The notes: generated from the letters alone by a model not told the origin. A stretch of DNA of 64,000 bases from an uncultured Chloroflexia bacterium (GCA_963741805.1 CAVUJR010000003.1:56876-120875); one strand, 5' to 3'. Shown: positions 9,248 through 19,264, counted from the first letter of the stretch. A program made the numbers and translations.

Positions 9248-10735
9248 CTAGCTTGCCGGTGAAGCCACCGGAGAGGCCGCCGGACTGGCGACCGGCGAGC
9301 CAACCGGGCTTGCCTCCGGAACGATGAACTGCGGCCCGGCGACCGGTGTCGCGCTCAGGTCTGGCGCGGGTACCGGCGTCGCTACGATCGGCGTCGGCGC
9401 ATCTGCCGGCGGGATGAAGGATTCCGCTGTCGGCTCCGGCGTCGGGTTGTAGTAGTCCGACGAAACGTTGTACTGCTCGCGCTGGGTCGCCAGCCAGTCT
9501 TCACGAGCCGCTCTCACGGCCTCGTCGTACTGGGTCTGGGTCATCGGCCGGTTCTCATCCTTGTCGAGTACCTTAATGATGTGCCAGCCAAACTCGCTCT
9601 CGACTGGTCCGGCGACTTGCCCCGGCTCCGTGCTGAACGCGAGCTCGGAGACGGCGTCCGGCAACTGACCGGCTGTCACCCAGCCAAGGTTGCCGCCGGT
9701 CGGCGCGGTGATCGAGTCGATCGACGTGGATTCGGCGATGTCGGCGAAGTCTTCACCGTTGTCCAGTCGGGTCATGACCTGCTGGGCGAGATCCTCCGTG
9801 CCGACGAGGATGTGGGCCACCTCCACCTGCTCTGTTGACTGCTCCACGCCGTTTACGATCTGCGCGTTGAGCGCTTCGCGGGCTACCTGTGGCTGGATGA
9901 TCATGGAGTAGTACTGGTCGAGCGACATGTGCGCGTCGTCCAGCACATCCTGCTGGAACACCTGGAACTCGGCGTCGGCGTTGGTGCGGATGTTTGCCAG
10001 GTCCGGCGTGCCAACGGGGGTGCCGATAGGCGTGGCGGCCGGGGTTCCGACCGGGGTTGCGCCTGGCGTCGCGGCGGCGCCCACAGGCGTGCCCATTGCC
10101 AGCGCCTGCTGCGTCTGCATCGCTTCGGCCGTTTCAGTGGCCCACGCGGCCCGCTCCGGGATCATGGTCGGGGAGGGGATAGGCGTGACGAGCGGCTCAT
10201 CTTGCGGAGCAAAGGTGTTCAGCGCGTACGACTGGAGCGTGGCGTCGGACATGTCAATGCCCTGATCCTGCGCCGCGTCGACGTAGAGTTTGTCCTCGAT
10301 CATCTGGCTGATCGTCGCGTCGCTGACGTCCGAGCTTCCCCAGACATCCTGGCGCGCCTGGTCGAGCTGGGCGGCATAGGTGAGGAACTGCGTTTGCTGC
10401 TGGCCCGTGACCTGGAGCGCGTAATCTTCGTAGGTGCGCGCCTGGTTGTAGAGGGTCACGCTCTGGTAGCGCCAGTAGTCCTCACGGGTGATCTCGTCGC
10501 CGTTCACCTCGGCGAGCACCTGGTTCGGTTTGATCTGATACTCGTAAAAGGCGCCGATACCAAGAATAAGGACGATGATGCCGGCGGCGGCGGCGAGACC
10601 GATGTACAGCATGCGCTGGTACATCGTCTCACGTTGCGTGCGGCTCACGCGGCGTTGTGGTTGGGCGTTGAGCCGCGACCGGCGCGATCCGGACTGCGTG
10701 TCTTTGAGGGGGCGTTTCGGTGTTCGATCACTCAT
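9248..10735 (-). CDS. Peptidyl-prolyl cis-trans isomerase, parvulin type (SurA/PrsA-like), membrane anchored
   Basis: N-terminal TM helix. Parvulin domain ...VAHILV...GGNLGWV...FGWHIIKV. Pro/Ala/Thr-rich linkers. Confidence 0.8.
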   Translation of the reverse strand: MSDRTPKRPLKDTQSGSRRSRLNAQPQRRVSRTQRETMYQRMLYIGLAAAAGIIVLILGIGAFYEYQIKPNQVLAEVNGDEITREDYWRYQSVTLYNQARTYEDYALQVTGQQQTQFLTYAAQLDQARQDVWGSSDVSDATISQMIEDKLYVDAAQDQGIDMSDATLQSYALNTFAPQDEPLVTPIPSPTMIPERAAWATETAEAMQTQQALAMGTPVGAAATPGATPVGTPAATPIGTPVGTPDLANIRTNADAEFQVFQQDVLDDAHMSLDQYYSMIIQPQVAREALNAQIVNGVEQSTEQVEVAHILVGTEDLAQQVMTRLDNGEDFADIAESTSIDSITAPTGGNLGWVTAGQLPDAVSELAFSTEPGQVAGPVESEFGWHIIKVLDKDENRPMTQTQYDEAVRAAREDWLATQREQYNVSSDYYNPTPEPTAESFIPPADAPTPIVATPVPAPDLSATPVAGPQFIVPEASPVGSPVASPAASPVASPAS

Positions 10736-10876
10736 GGACGCTGCGACCTCTTCTTCAGCAGGATGCGCGGCACGAACCAGGCACTCGCATCCGCACGGGT
10801 GAGAAAAAGAAACGGCGCGTCACCAACGGATACTGAAGACCCGAGGGGACGCGCCGATCTTCATCGCGTTCCGGGC

Positions 10877-11266
10877 TTACCCGCGCGGAGCGCTGTTGGT
10901 GAACGGCAAGAGGGCGATGTAGCGGGCCCGCTTGATCGCAACGGTCACCGACCGCTGGTGCTTGGCGCAGGTGCCGAGCTTGCGTCGCGGCTCGATCTTG
11001 CCGCGCTCGCCGACATGGCGGCGCAGGCGGGCGATGTCCTTGTAATCGACATGCTCGATGTTGTCGGTGCAGAACTGACAAATCTTGCGGCGGCCGCCGA
11101 AGCGCCCACCACCGCCGCCACCGCGGCGCGGGCCACCGGGGCCACGACGGCCTCCGCCTTCACCACCCTCGCGCTGGGCCTGCGGGCCGCCGAAGCGGGA
11201 CGGGCGGCGCTCGCCACCTTCGCGGGTGTCACGTGACTCGCTGTTCTGGTTCTCACGGTCTGTCAT
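10877..11266 (-). CDS. rpsR: 30S ribosomal protein S18 with Arg/Gly-rich N-terminal extension
   Basis: Core [15 protein letters not shown]...LRRHV...GKI.PRR.TG.CAKHQR.V..AIKRAR..ALLPF. Confidence 0.9.
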   Translation of the reverse strand: MTDRENQNSESRDTREGGERRPSRFGGPQAQREGGEGGGRRGPGGPRRGGGGGGRFGGRRKICQFCTDNIEHVDYKDIARLRRHVGERGKIEPRRKLGTCAKHQRSVTVAIKRARYIALLPFTNSAPRG

Positions 11267-11322
11267 GGTTGCTGTTTCTCACTTTTCAGGTCTACCGATG
11301 TGCCGGATAAGGGCGGGCAGGT

Positions 11323-11823
11323 CTAGAAGGGGACGTCGTTCAGGTTGTCCGGACCTTCGTCCTGGCTGTAGTCGCCGCCCTGGTTGCCGTAGTTGCTTCC
11401 ACCGTAGTTGCCGCCGCCGTAGCCACCCTGGCTGCCGCCGGCGTTGGCGCCGCCCTGTGCACCTTGCTCGCCGCCCTGGTTATCCTGGCGGCTGCCGACG
11501 AACTGGAAGTCATGCATGGTCACGTCCAGGGACGTGCGAGGCTGGCCGGTCCGGTCGGTGTACTGGCGGGTTTCGAGCTGGCCATCGACGTAGAGCTGAC
11601 GCCCCTTGGCGACATAGCCGCGCTCAATAAGGGTCACCAGACGCTCGGCCTGCTTGTCCCACGCGGTGACGCGGAACCAGGTCGTGTTGTCCTGATCGCC
11701 CTCGCCGCGACGTCGACCATCGGCGGCGATGCTGAACTGCACGTTCATCGTGCCGGACGGCGTGTAGCGAACTTCAGGGTCCTGCCCCAGTCGGCCAACA
11801 ATGGAGACTTTGGCAAAGCTCAT
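11323..11823 (-). CDS. ssb: Single-stranded DNA-binding protein
   Basis: OB-fold N-terminus (VSIVGRLGQDPEVRYTPSG), Gly-rich linker and acidic tail ending DVPF. Confidence 0.9.
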   Translation of the reverse strand: MSFAKVSIVGRLGQDPEVRYTPSGTMNVQFSIAADGRRRGEGDQDNTTWFRVTAWDKQAERLVTLIERGYVAKGRQLYVDGQLETRQYTDRTGQPRTSLDVTMHDFQFVGSRQDNQGGEQGAQGGANAGGSQGGYGGGNYGGSNYGNQGGDYSQDEGPDNLNDVPF

Positions 11824-12468
11824 TTAGGACTCCTTCGTGTCTTCCTCGGACTCCGCGCCGTCGGCCGGAGCCGGCTCTTCCTCGCCCTCGATCGCTTCGG
11901 CGGTCTCCTCGACAGCCGTCGCGGTCTCGGCGCGCTCGGCCGGAGCTTCCTCAGTTGCCGTCTCCGTAGACGCTTCGGCCGGTGCTTCTTCCGTCGCCGT
12001 CTCCGTGGTGGTTTCGGCCGGAGCTTCCGTCGTCTCGGAGGCAGGAGCCTCGCTGGCCCCGGCAGTGGGAGCCTCAGTCGCTGTTTCGCTGGCTTCCTCG
12101 GTGGCGGCCTGCGGCTGCTCGGTCACCTTCTCGCCCGCCTTCGGATCGTCCATGACGAGCAGGTAACGGATCACCCTGGTGTCGAGCTTCATTTCGCGCT
12201 CGATGTCGGAGATCGCTGTCGGCTGCGCGGAGAACCGAATCAACACGTAGAAGCCGTCGCGGTAGTCCACGCTCTCGTGGCGGATGGTGTAGGCCAGCCG
12301 GCGGCGGCCCCAGGGCGACTCGGTATTCGCCTCGGAGATCTCACCGTTGACGTCGGTGATGTAGCCGCGCACCTTGTCCAGTGCCGCCTGGGTGTCCTCG
12401 TCCGCCATGTCGGGGAGGAGGATCGTCATCATCTCATAATTACGAGCGGGTCGGGTTACGTTGTCCAA
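11824..12468 (-). CDS. rpsF: 30S ribosomal protein S6 with ~110-aa acidic Glu/Thr/Ala-rich C-terminal extension
   Basis: Core RNYEMMTILLPD...RRLAYTI. Probable TTG start at 12468, preceded by AAGGAAGGAAC. The listed ORF extends to 12555. Confidence 0.8.
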   Translation of the reverse strand: MDNVTRPARNYEMMTILLPDMADEDTQAALDKVRGYITDVNGEISEANTESPWGRRRLAYTIRHESVDYRDGFYVLIRFSAQPTAISDIEREMKLDTRVIRYLLVMDDPKAGEKVTEQPQAATEEASETATEAPTAGASEAPASETTEAPAETTTETATEEAPAEASTETATEEAPAERAETATAVEETAEAIEGEEEPAPADGAESEEDTKES

Positions 12469-12641
12469 AAGAGGTTCCTTCCTTTGGGTTTCCACCTGCA
12501 TGCCAGACCTTGGCGGCGGCGGAGAAAGGTCACGGGGGATTCCCCGTAAACGCACAACAGAAAACGAACCATGCTCAGCATGGCTCCGACTGGGCAGTAT
12601 ACCACCCGGGCCGGAGGGGGTTCACCTCGGCCCGCGGACCC

Positions 12642-13829
12642 TTATCGGTATGTGAGGCCGAGAATATCGCCCAGCTCGTGCAGCGTCGCATGGGCCTCGA
12701 CCGTATCGACATCTCGCGCGTCGCGTACGGCGATCGCCAGGTCGCGAAGGGCGAGCTCGGCGGTGCCAGTGTCGAGGTCATCATCCATCGCCGTCAGGAA
12801 GCGTTGCTTGTACGGCTCCGGATCGAGTCGCTCGCCGCCCGGAATCTCGGTCGGGCGGTCTTGCCGGATCACCGTGGCGATCTCCTGGTTCTTCGGCAAG
12901 TCAGCGTCAAAGAATTCCCACGGTTCGCGGTAGTGGTGCTGCAGTAACGTCAGGCGCACGGCGTCGGCCGAGTAGGTCTTGAGCAGATCCTTAACGTAGA
13001 CGAGGTTGCCGAGCGACTTGCTCATCTTCTCGCCCTGGTAATCGACCATCGCGACGTGCATCCAGTAGCGGACGAACGGCTCTTTATGCGTGATCGTCTC
13101 GGCCTGGGCGATTTCGCACTCGTGGTGAGGGAAGATGAGGTCGAATCCGCCACCATGGATGTCGATCTGGTCACCGAGGTAGTGCCGGGACATCGCCGAG
13201 CACTCGATGTGCCAGCCTGGGCGTCCCGGCCCCCATGGAGAGTCCCACGTGGGCTCACCAGGGACGCCAGCCTGCCAGAGCAGGAAGTCGATGGGGTCCT
13301 GCTTGTTCGGGTCGTCCGGTTTGTTGCCGCGCTCGTTCGCGATCGTCAGCCACTCGCTCTGCGGGAGCTTGCTGAGCTTGCCGAATTCCGGATCTTTCGC
13401 GACGGAGAAATAGACGCTGCCGTTGACCTCGTACGCCACACCGGCATCGAGCAGGGCCTGCACGTTCTCCACGACCTGCTGGATGTGCTCCGTGGCGGCG
13501 ACGTAGTGGTCGAAGGGCAAGGCGTTCAGCTGGCGCATGTCGTCGAGGTACTGCTCGGTCTCGCGGCGTCCCAGATCGCGCCAGTCCATGCCGAGCTCGT
13601 TGGCCTTGCGCAGGATGTCGTCGTCGATGTCGGTCACGTTCTGGACGTAGGTGACGTTGTAGCCGAGGTAACGGAGATAGCGGACGAGAACGTCGTAGGT
13701 GAGGAAGGTGAAGGCATGTCCGAGGTGGGTGGTGTCATACGGCGTCACGCCACAGACGTAGATGCCGACGTTGCCGCCGTCGCTGGTGAATTCTTCCAGC
13801 GACTGCGACTGGGTGTTGAACAGCTTCAT
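12642..13829 (-). CDS. Cysteine--tRNA ligase family protein (CysS or MshC-like cysteine ligase)
   Basis: HLGH and KMSKS class-I motifs; CGVTPYDTTHLGHA; PGWHIECSAM; FPHHECEIAQ. ATG 13829 with a GAGG site. 395 aa, which is short for CysRS. Confidence 0.75.
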   Translation of the reverse strand: MKLFNTQSQSLEEFTSDGGNVGIYVCGVTPYDTTHLGHAFTFLTYDVLVRYLRYLGYNVTYVQNVTDIDDDILRKANELGMDWRDLGRRETEQYLDDMRQLNALPFDHYVAATEHIQQVVENVQALLDAGVAYEVNGSVYFSVAKDPEFGKLSKLPQSEWLTIANERGNKPDDPNKQDPIDFLLWQAGVPGEPTWDSPWGPGRPGWHIECSAMSRHYLGDQIDIHGGGFDLIFPHHECEIAQAETITHKEPFVRYWMHVAMVDYQGEKMSKSLGNLVYVKDLLKTYSADAVRLTLLQHHYREPWEFFDADLPKNQEIATVIRQDRPTEIPGGERLDPEPYKQRFLTAMDDDLDTGTAELALRDLAIAVRDARDVDTVEAHATLHELGDILGLTYR

Positions 13830-14053
13830 CCTCGACCTCGTCTTCCATGCTCTGTATGTCGGGCCCGGCGATCGCCGGTTGCGATGCGCCGTACTCCCAT
13901 AGGGAACTGACGCTCCGTAAGCATAGCAACTTCCTTCTCGCCTGAATACGGGCATTTCAGGAGGATCGTCGTGCTATCCTCCCAGAAGACCAGTCGCCGC
14001 ACATGGCCGCCAGGCAGGTGGCCAGGGAAGGTACCGTGTTCCCCCGTTTCACC

Positions 14054-14692
14054 ATGCGACAACCGTCGTCCACCTGGATCGTTGCGGTGCTTGTCGGCGT
14101 CCTCCTGGCCTTGCCGGCGAACTCCTCTGCCGCGCAGGAGTCCACGCCCGAATCCATCCTCGGTGAGAGCCCGGACGCCGCCTGCGCGACCAGTCGGCTC
14201 CGTATCAGCGATCTCGAGTCGGTCGATGCCACAATCGAGCAAGGTGTTCAGCGCGCGGTCGACGAGGCTCGGCGCTGGCAAGCCGATGCCCGGCTCTACA
14301 CGCTCCGTCTCGGGTGCCCGCTTCTGACGACCGGCGTGCAGTGGGAGGGCGTGTTCTTTTCCGAGACCGCGCAAGCCTTCTACTCGACCGACACGGCGCG
14401 CATCGATGCGGTCAATGACCCGCCAGACACCATCCCGACGCTCGACCCGACGGTGCTCAATATGCGCGAGGTCTACCGCTCGCTCATCCGTGCCGGGTTC
14501 TCCGATGAGCTGCATCTCACGGCACAGGGTGGTGTCACGATCCGCCAGAGCACGGACGCGCACCCGTTCGGGCCACCAGCCGCTCCGCGAAACCAGACTT
14601 ACGCGCACCTCGCGATCGAGGTGGACGGCCAGATTACGGACGTGTGGGTGTCGGTGACCGACGGCACAATCTATCGGTATGGCACGGACTAG
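14054..14692 (+). CDS. Secreted hypothetical protein
   Basis: Signal peptide MRQPSSTWIVAVLVGVLLALPANSSAAQE. No recognised domain. Confidence 0.45.
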   Translation: MRQPSSTWIVAVLVGVLLALPANSSAAQESTPESILGESPDAACATSRLRISDLESVDATIEQGVQRAVDEARRWQADARLYTLRLGCPLLTTGVQWEGVFFSETAQAFYSTDTARIDAVNDPPDTIPTLDPTVLNMREVYRSLIRAGFSDELHLTAQGGVTIRQSTDAHPFGPPAAPRNQTYAHLAIEVDGQITDVWVSVTDGTIYRYGTD

Positions 14693-14708
14693 AGAGGAAG
14701 GGGCAAAC

Positions 14709-15551
14709 GTGGACGTCGAGACCAGCAGCCGCATCGAGGCCGTGGCGCGTCAATGCGCCGAGGCCCTGGCCCATCGCCCCGCGGGCATCTTCTCGGACTT
14801 TGACGGAACGCTGAGCGAGATCGCTCCAACCCCGGACGCGGCCGTGCCTTTTGCCGGAGCCTCCGAGGCGCTCGATCGCGTGGCCCGGCTGGTGGATGTC
14901 GCCGGCATCATCACCGGCCGAGCAGTGGGGGACGTGCGCTCGAAGGTCGATGCCGACAACCTGGTCGTCGTTGGGAACCACGGTTTGGAATGGTTCGAGC
15001 ACGGGCAGCACGTCGATCACGAGGCCGGTGTGGCGGCCGAGCAGGCGATCGCCGAAACACTCGCGGCGACTCAGCGCCGCCTGGCGGAGGATGTGTCGAC
15101 GGCGGACATGCTTTGGGAGAACAAGCGGCTGACGGCGTCGATCCACTACCGGAACGTTGACGATCCGGTCGAAGTCGGCCTCAAGCTCCTGCCCATCGTC
15201 GAGGAAGAAGCAACCCTGCGCGGCCTGCGGGTGTCCGGCGGCAAAATGCTTGTCGAGCTGCGGCCCTCCGTGACGGTCTCGAAGGGCACGGCACTCGAGC
15301 AGATCATCCGGACCCGGGGGTTGGCCAGCGCGATCTTCTTCGGCGACGACGTTACAGACGTCGACGGCTTTCGGTCGCTTCACCGTCATCGGGACGAGCA
15401 GGGCCTGAAGTCGGTGGCGATCGCGATTCGCTCGGAAGACGTCCACCCGGAGGTCATCGCGGAGGCTGACGTCGTACTCGAGAGCGTGGCGGATACTGTG
15501 GCGGTGCTCAATCGTCTTGCCGAGCTCCTGGGCGAAGGAGTGATTCGTTGA
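14709..15551 (+). CDS. otsB: Trehalose-6-phosphate phosphatase
   Basis: HAD motif I FSDFDGTL; GNHGLEW; GDDVTD. GTG 14709 preceded by GAGAGGAAGGGG. Confidence 0.75.
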   Translation: MDVETSSRIEAVARQCAEALAHRPAGIFSDFDGTLSEIAPTPDAAVPFAGASEALDRVARLVDVAGIITGRAVGDVRSKVDADNLVVVGNHGLEWFEHGQHVDHEAGVAAEQAIAETLAATQRRLAEDVSTADMLWENKRLTASIHYRNVDDPVEVGLKLLPIVEEEATLRGLRVSGGKMLVELRPSVTVSKGTALEQIIRTRGLASAIFFGDDVTDVDGFRSLHRHRDEQGLKSVAIAIRSEDVHPEVIAEADVVLESVADTVAVLNRLAELLGEGVIR

Positions 15552-16063
15552 TGATGCGACGACGATGGTGGGCGAGCGTGGCGCTCGCCCTGATGACCCT
15601 GATGATGCCGCTGCTCGCCTCGGCGCAGGCGGAGGTGACGCTGCCGCCGTGGCGACGGGAGCTGCCCCCTGGCCGGCAGGAGGCGACCATGACGGTCGGC
15701 GAGTCCCAGCTGCACGTGCAGCTCGCAATCCAGCCGTGGGAGAAGACGCTTGGCCTCGGCTACCGGAACGGCCTTGAGCCGGAGACCGGCATGCTGTTCG
15801 TCAACCAGTCCGCCACGGTCCAGACCTACTGGATGAAAGGCATGCGCTTCTGCCTCGACATCGTCTGGATCGAGAACGGCCAGGTCGTCGGCGCGGCCGA
15901 GAATGCATGTCCCGATCCCACCGGAACCGCCGATGGCGACCGCGCTCGTTACCATTCTGGCGAGCCCGTAACCTACATCCTCGAAGTACCAGCCGGATGG
16001 ATGGCGGAGCATGGCTACGGACCCGGCACGCCGGTTGACCTCAGCAACGTGCCGCTAGACTAG
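15548..16063 (+). CDS. DUF192 domain protein (secreted)
   Basis: Signal peptide plus the pattern GLGYR..L....GMLF......YWMKGMRF.LDI.W. typical of DUF192. 4-nt overlap with otsB. Confidence 0.65.
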   Translation: MMMRRRWWASVALALMTLMMPLLASAQAEVTLPPWRRELPPGRQEATMTVGESQLHVQLAIQPWEKTLGLGYRNGLEPETGMLFVNQSATVQTYWMKGMRFCLDIVWIENGQVVGAAENACPDPTGTADGDRARYHSGEPVTYILEVPAGWMAEHGYGPGTPVDLSNVPLD

Positions 16064-16713
16064 CCGATCCGGTTCTCTGCCTCTCGCAGCGCGTGCTCCA
16101 GCCGGCTCTGCCGCACGGACATGGTGACGTCACCGCGCGTTCGTTCCAGTACACCGCGAAACTGGTCGGTGGTGCGGCGCAGGCCGCCGGTGACCGCGTC
16201 CGGATAGTCGACCATCACAAGTACGGCGTAGACCGCGTCCATCAGCGCGAGGAGCTGCTCGGCACGGGCGGTATCGTCCTGCCGAAGGGCGTCCAGCGTG
16301 TCCCGGCGCAGCTCACTGGCCGCTTCGGCAAGCCCATTGAGCCAGGCTGCATCCTCGACGCCCAGCGAGAGGGAGTCCGGGACCGAGGTGCCGGAGAGCA
16401 TCGCCGCCGTGATCTCCGCCTCGGCATACTCCTTCATCGCGTCCTGCACGTAGCCAGCCCAATAGACGCTCGGGTAGGGCGCGGACTGGTCCCGGATCGT
16501 GTCCAGCAGCGCGCGAGCATCCGCCAGGAGCCCGGAGGCATCATCACCTCGATGAAGCGCGCGGACGGCGTTGGCGGCGAGCCGCACGACCTGCCGACCC
16601 CCGGTCACGGCAGCATCCCGGGCGGTGCTGAGCGCGTCGAAGCGGCCGATGATTTCGCCGACCGCACCCGCAAGGTCGTCAGCCGGTCCGGGTGCGTGGG
16701 GGTGAGCGGGCAT
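16060..16713 (-). CDS. Translin family protein
   Basis: All-helical ~217 aa with LHRGD...Y....VQDAMKEYAEAE...GLAEAASELRR, a translin-like pattern. ATG 16713 preceded by GGGAGG. Confidence 0.55.
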   Translation of the reverse strand: MPAHPHAPGPADDLAGAVGEIIGRFDALSTARDAAVTGGRQVVRLAANAVRALHRGDDASGLLADARALLDTIRDQSAPYPSVYWAGYVQDAMKEYAEAEITAAMLSGTSVPDSLSLGVEDAAWLNGLAEAASELRRDTLDALRQDDTARAEQLLALMDAVYAVLVMVDYPDAVTGGLRRTTDQFRGVLERTRGDVTMSVRQSRLEHALREAENRIG

Positions 16714-16780
16714 GGTGCCTCCCGTGTATGCGCGCAAGCGTCTCTACGCCAAGCATACCCGCGGCAGGGTTGGCGACATG

Positions 16781-17083
16781 CTACTCGCGAACGATGATCT
16801 CCATTTCGATGTCCTCCCATGTCGGCTCCGCTTCCAGGTGCTCCACCATCTTGCGGAACCAGGCATCCTGCTCGGGCATGTCCGCCAAACGGCGATACGT
16901 CGCTTCATCCTGCGCGAGGGCCAGGAACACCATCTCGTCTGGCGCCCCGGCACGATGGCCGGACACTTCGAGGAAGGTTCCGGGAACCTTCGGGCGGACC
17001 GTGCCTTTCCAGTCCTGGAGGAGGTCGTTCAACTGATCGTGATGGCCGGACTTCACGCGGGCGTGGCCGATGGTTCCGAACAT
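16781..17083 (-). CDS. Small hypothetical protein (possible dimeric alpha/beta-barrel, ABM-like)
   Basis: 100-aa ORF with good coding character. No firm family assignment. Confidence 0.4.
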   Translation of the reverse strand: MFGTIGHARVKSGHHDQLNDLLQDWKGTVRPKVPGTFLEVSGHRAGAPDEMVFLALAQDEATYRRLADMPEQDAWFRKMVEHLEAEPTWEDIEMEIIVRE

Positions 17084-17325
17084 ATTTGGCTCCTTGTCGC
17101 GGAATGGCGAAACGTCAGCAGCGCCGCGATATCACGCGGTGAACGTCGCGGGCTGCCAGGCAATCAGGGGAGCCAGTCGATCATGTGGCAGATGGGCACG
17201 GAGGGGAAGGGGCGGCATGTTTGCCATGCCGGAGTTGGGCGGAGGACAATCGTGACCCGAAGATCGCTCGCTCCGGGTTCCATGGTAGCGGATCGGGGGA
17301 AAAGTCCTTGACATCGTGTTGCATG

Positions 17326-17359
17326 GAGAAGGCCGGGACAGCGTTATCCCGGCCTTCTC
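17326..17359. terminator. Strong hairpin in the intergenic region
   Basis: GAGAAGGCCGGGA-cagcgtta-TCCCGGCCTTCTC, followed on the + strand by TCACGTTTTCAG. Confidence 0.45.
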
Positions 17360-17388
17360 TCACGTTTTCAGTATGTCGAGAGGTTCGA

Positions 17389-18902
17389 CTACTGCACGTT
17401 GAAGGTGCCCTCGTAGACGGTCTCGCCGTCCTGGGTCACCTGGTACGTGTACTGACCCGCCTCGGCGTCGTCGGGAACAGTCGTCTCCGCCTGCTCGCCG
17501 CTGCCGAGCGTCTGCTCGATACCGAGATCCGGCACGCTGAACGTGCGCTCGCTCTCGAACTCGTTGGAGAGGAGCAGCGTCTGGCCGGGGGCCGTATTGA
17601 CATCGACCGGCTCGTCGCCGCCGATCTCAACCGCGACTTGCTCGGTCTGGCCCTGCGTCTCCGCTGGGGTCGACTCTTCGGTCGGCTGCTGCTCGCCCTC
17701 GACGATCGCCGTGGCTTCATCAGCCGGGACCACGACCGTCTCGACGATCACCGCGGTCGCCTCCTGGGTCGGAGTGGCCGCCGGCGTCTCGATCGGGGCA
17801 GGGGTGCCGGCCTGTGGCGGCGTCGCTTGGGACTGCGTGCTGCATGCTGAAGTCTTCGATCCACCACAGGAAGCCCTGCGCGCTCGAGACATCTTCCGGC
17901 ATCTCCAGGTAGCCGGCTAGTTGGAGCCGCCAACCGGGTGCAGGAAGACAACCACGTTGTCCTCGTCCATCACCGGAAGGATCTGGCCACAGGCAACGAC
18001 GCTGCTGTAGTTCTCTGCGCTCTCGTGCACAACCGCCACGCGCGGGTTCTCGGCGTCGAGGATGCTATCGCCCTCGATGTCGGTGCCTTCACCGTCGAGG
18101 CGGTACACCGGACCGAAGTCCTGCGCCTCGGAAGGAACGTCGCCCTCCATGTCGCCGGCGTCCTGCTGGCCGTCGGCGTAGACGTTGGTCTCCATGAAGT
18201 CGCCGATGTCATAGATCGGCTCGGCCACGAAGTCCGGGCACGTGCCGGAGTGGATGCCGACCGGATGGCCAGCGACGCTCACCTGCTCGCCGGCAGTCCC
18301 CTGGAGGGGCTGGGTGTTCGGCTGGAACAGGTAGGTGTTCAGGGTCGCGCCGTCAAGGACCGCGTAACCGAAGAAGTTGGAGTCGTTCAGGCCCTGAAGG
18401 TAGATGAGGTTCCCGGCGTCGGTCGACTCAGAACCATCGATGGCGCCACAAGCGATGTACGTGTCGTACTCCTCGGGGCTCAGGTGGAGAACGACGACAT
18501 ACGGCTCGTCCGTGTTGACGTCGGAGCCGAGGTCACCCTGGGCATAGCCCATCGGCGCGCTGACGCCGTCCGGCGTGATGACCTCGTTTGCCTGGAGTTG
18601 GCCGTCGTTGTTGAAGTCAATGCCGGACGCCTGGAGCTGGTCATCCTCGAAGATGCCGGTCATGAACGTCTCGTCGCCCCACATATCATCCGTGGTCGTC
18701 TCGGTGATCTCACCGCCGTCATATGCCGGCTCGGCGAGGAAATCCGAACAACTACCCGAATGGATTCCGACTGGCGCTCCGGCCGGGATCTTGGATTCCT
18801 GGTGCGGTCATCGTTGAAGGTTGCGGCACTCCCTGTCAGGGCCAGGATCAGCGCCGCGACGACCGCCACGAACAATGGTCGTCCTGCTGTTGAATTCGTC
18901 AT
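17389..18902 (-). pseudogene. Secreted two-repeat protein with Pro/Thr linker and cupredoxin-like C-terminal domain, disrupted by about 3 frame changes
   Basis: A signal-peptide ORF (18660..18902) continues in another frame as ...PAGAPVGIHSGSCSDFLAEPAYD..., a repeat of ...VAGHPVGIHSGTCPDFVAEPIYD... inside ORF 17917..18684. At 17917 a TAG interrupts and the sequence continues as LAGYLEMPEDVSSAQGFLWWIEDF in another frame. It then shifts again into ORF 17389..17892. Confidence 0.6.
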
Positions 18903-19264
18903 GTAATTCTCTCTCCTGCATCATCGCCACGCATTTTCAACGAGGAGAGCGGAAGAAGATGCACTGAGGCGGTTTGCCGGCGTTCCTGGCGTCCTCCTTT
19001 CCTTCAGTCGTCAAACGGGGCGCACTAAGCCGAACTTTGTAGCCATCAAGAGATGCCACCCCGTCTTTCAGGTCACCCGAATATGGGGTCTTGGCGGTCA
19101 GGTCGCACGTGCCGTGCCACATCAATGGAGTTTAGGGACAACATCATTCGAGCCGGAGCGATGGCACAGAACTGGCATGGACTGAGCGGGACGACGAGAA
19201 GCGGTCCCGCGCCTGGATCGACGGTAGACGTGCGCCGCTGAAATGGAGGTGAGAGATCTGGGTC

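Noticed and set aside
11840-12120. Short tandem repeats that might be mistaken for a repeat array or CRISPR.
   Set aside because: They are in-frame coding repeats of the acidic S6 tail (TETATEEAPAE). They have no spacer structure, and no cas genes are present.
17917-17919. An in-frame TAG separates ORFs 17917..18684 and 17389..17892, which could suggest stop-codon read-through or pyrrolysine.
   Set aside because: The conserved repeat sequence continues in a different frame (LAGYLEMPEDVSS...) immediately at this point, so the break is an indel rather than recoding. No Pyl machinery is visible.
18903-19130. Fluoride-riboswitch-like fragments (CAAACCGCC and GGCGATGATGC) lie on the minus strand upstream of the secreted-protein gene.
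   Set aside because: The two elements are ~50 nt apart instead of flanking a short hairpin, and the 5' GGxGAUG..GUUC.CC helix is not present. The downstream gene is also unrelated to fluoride resistance.
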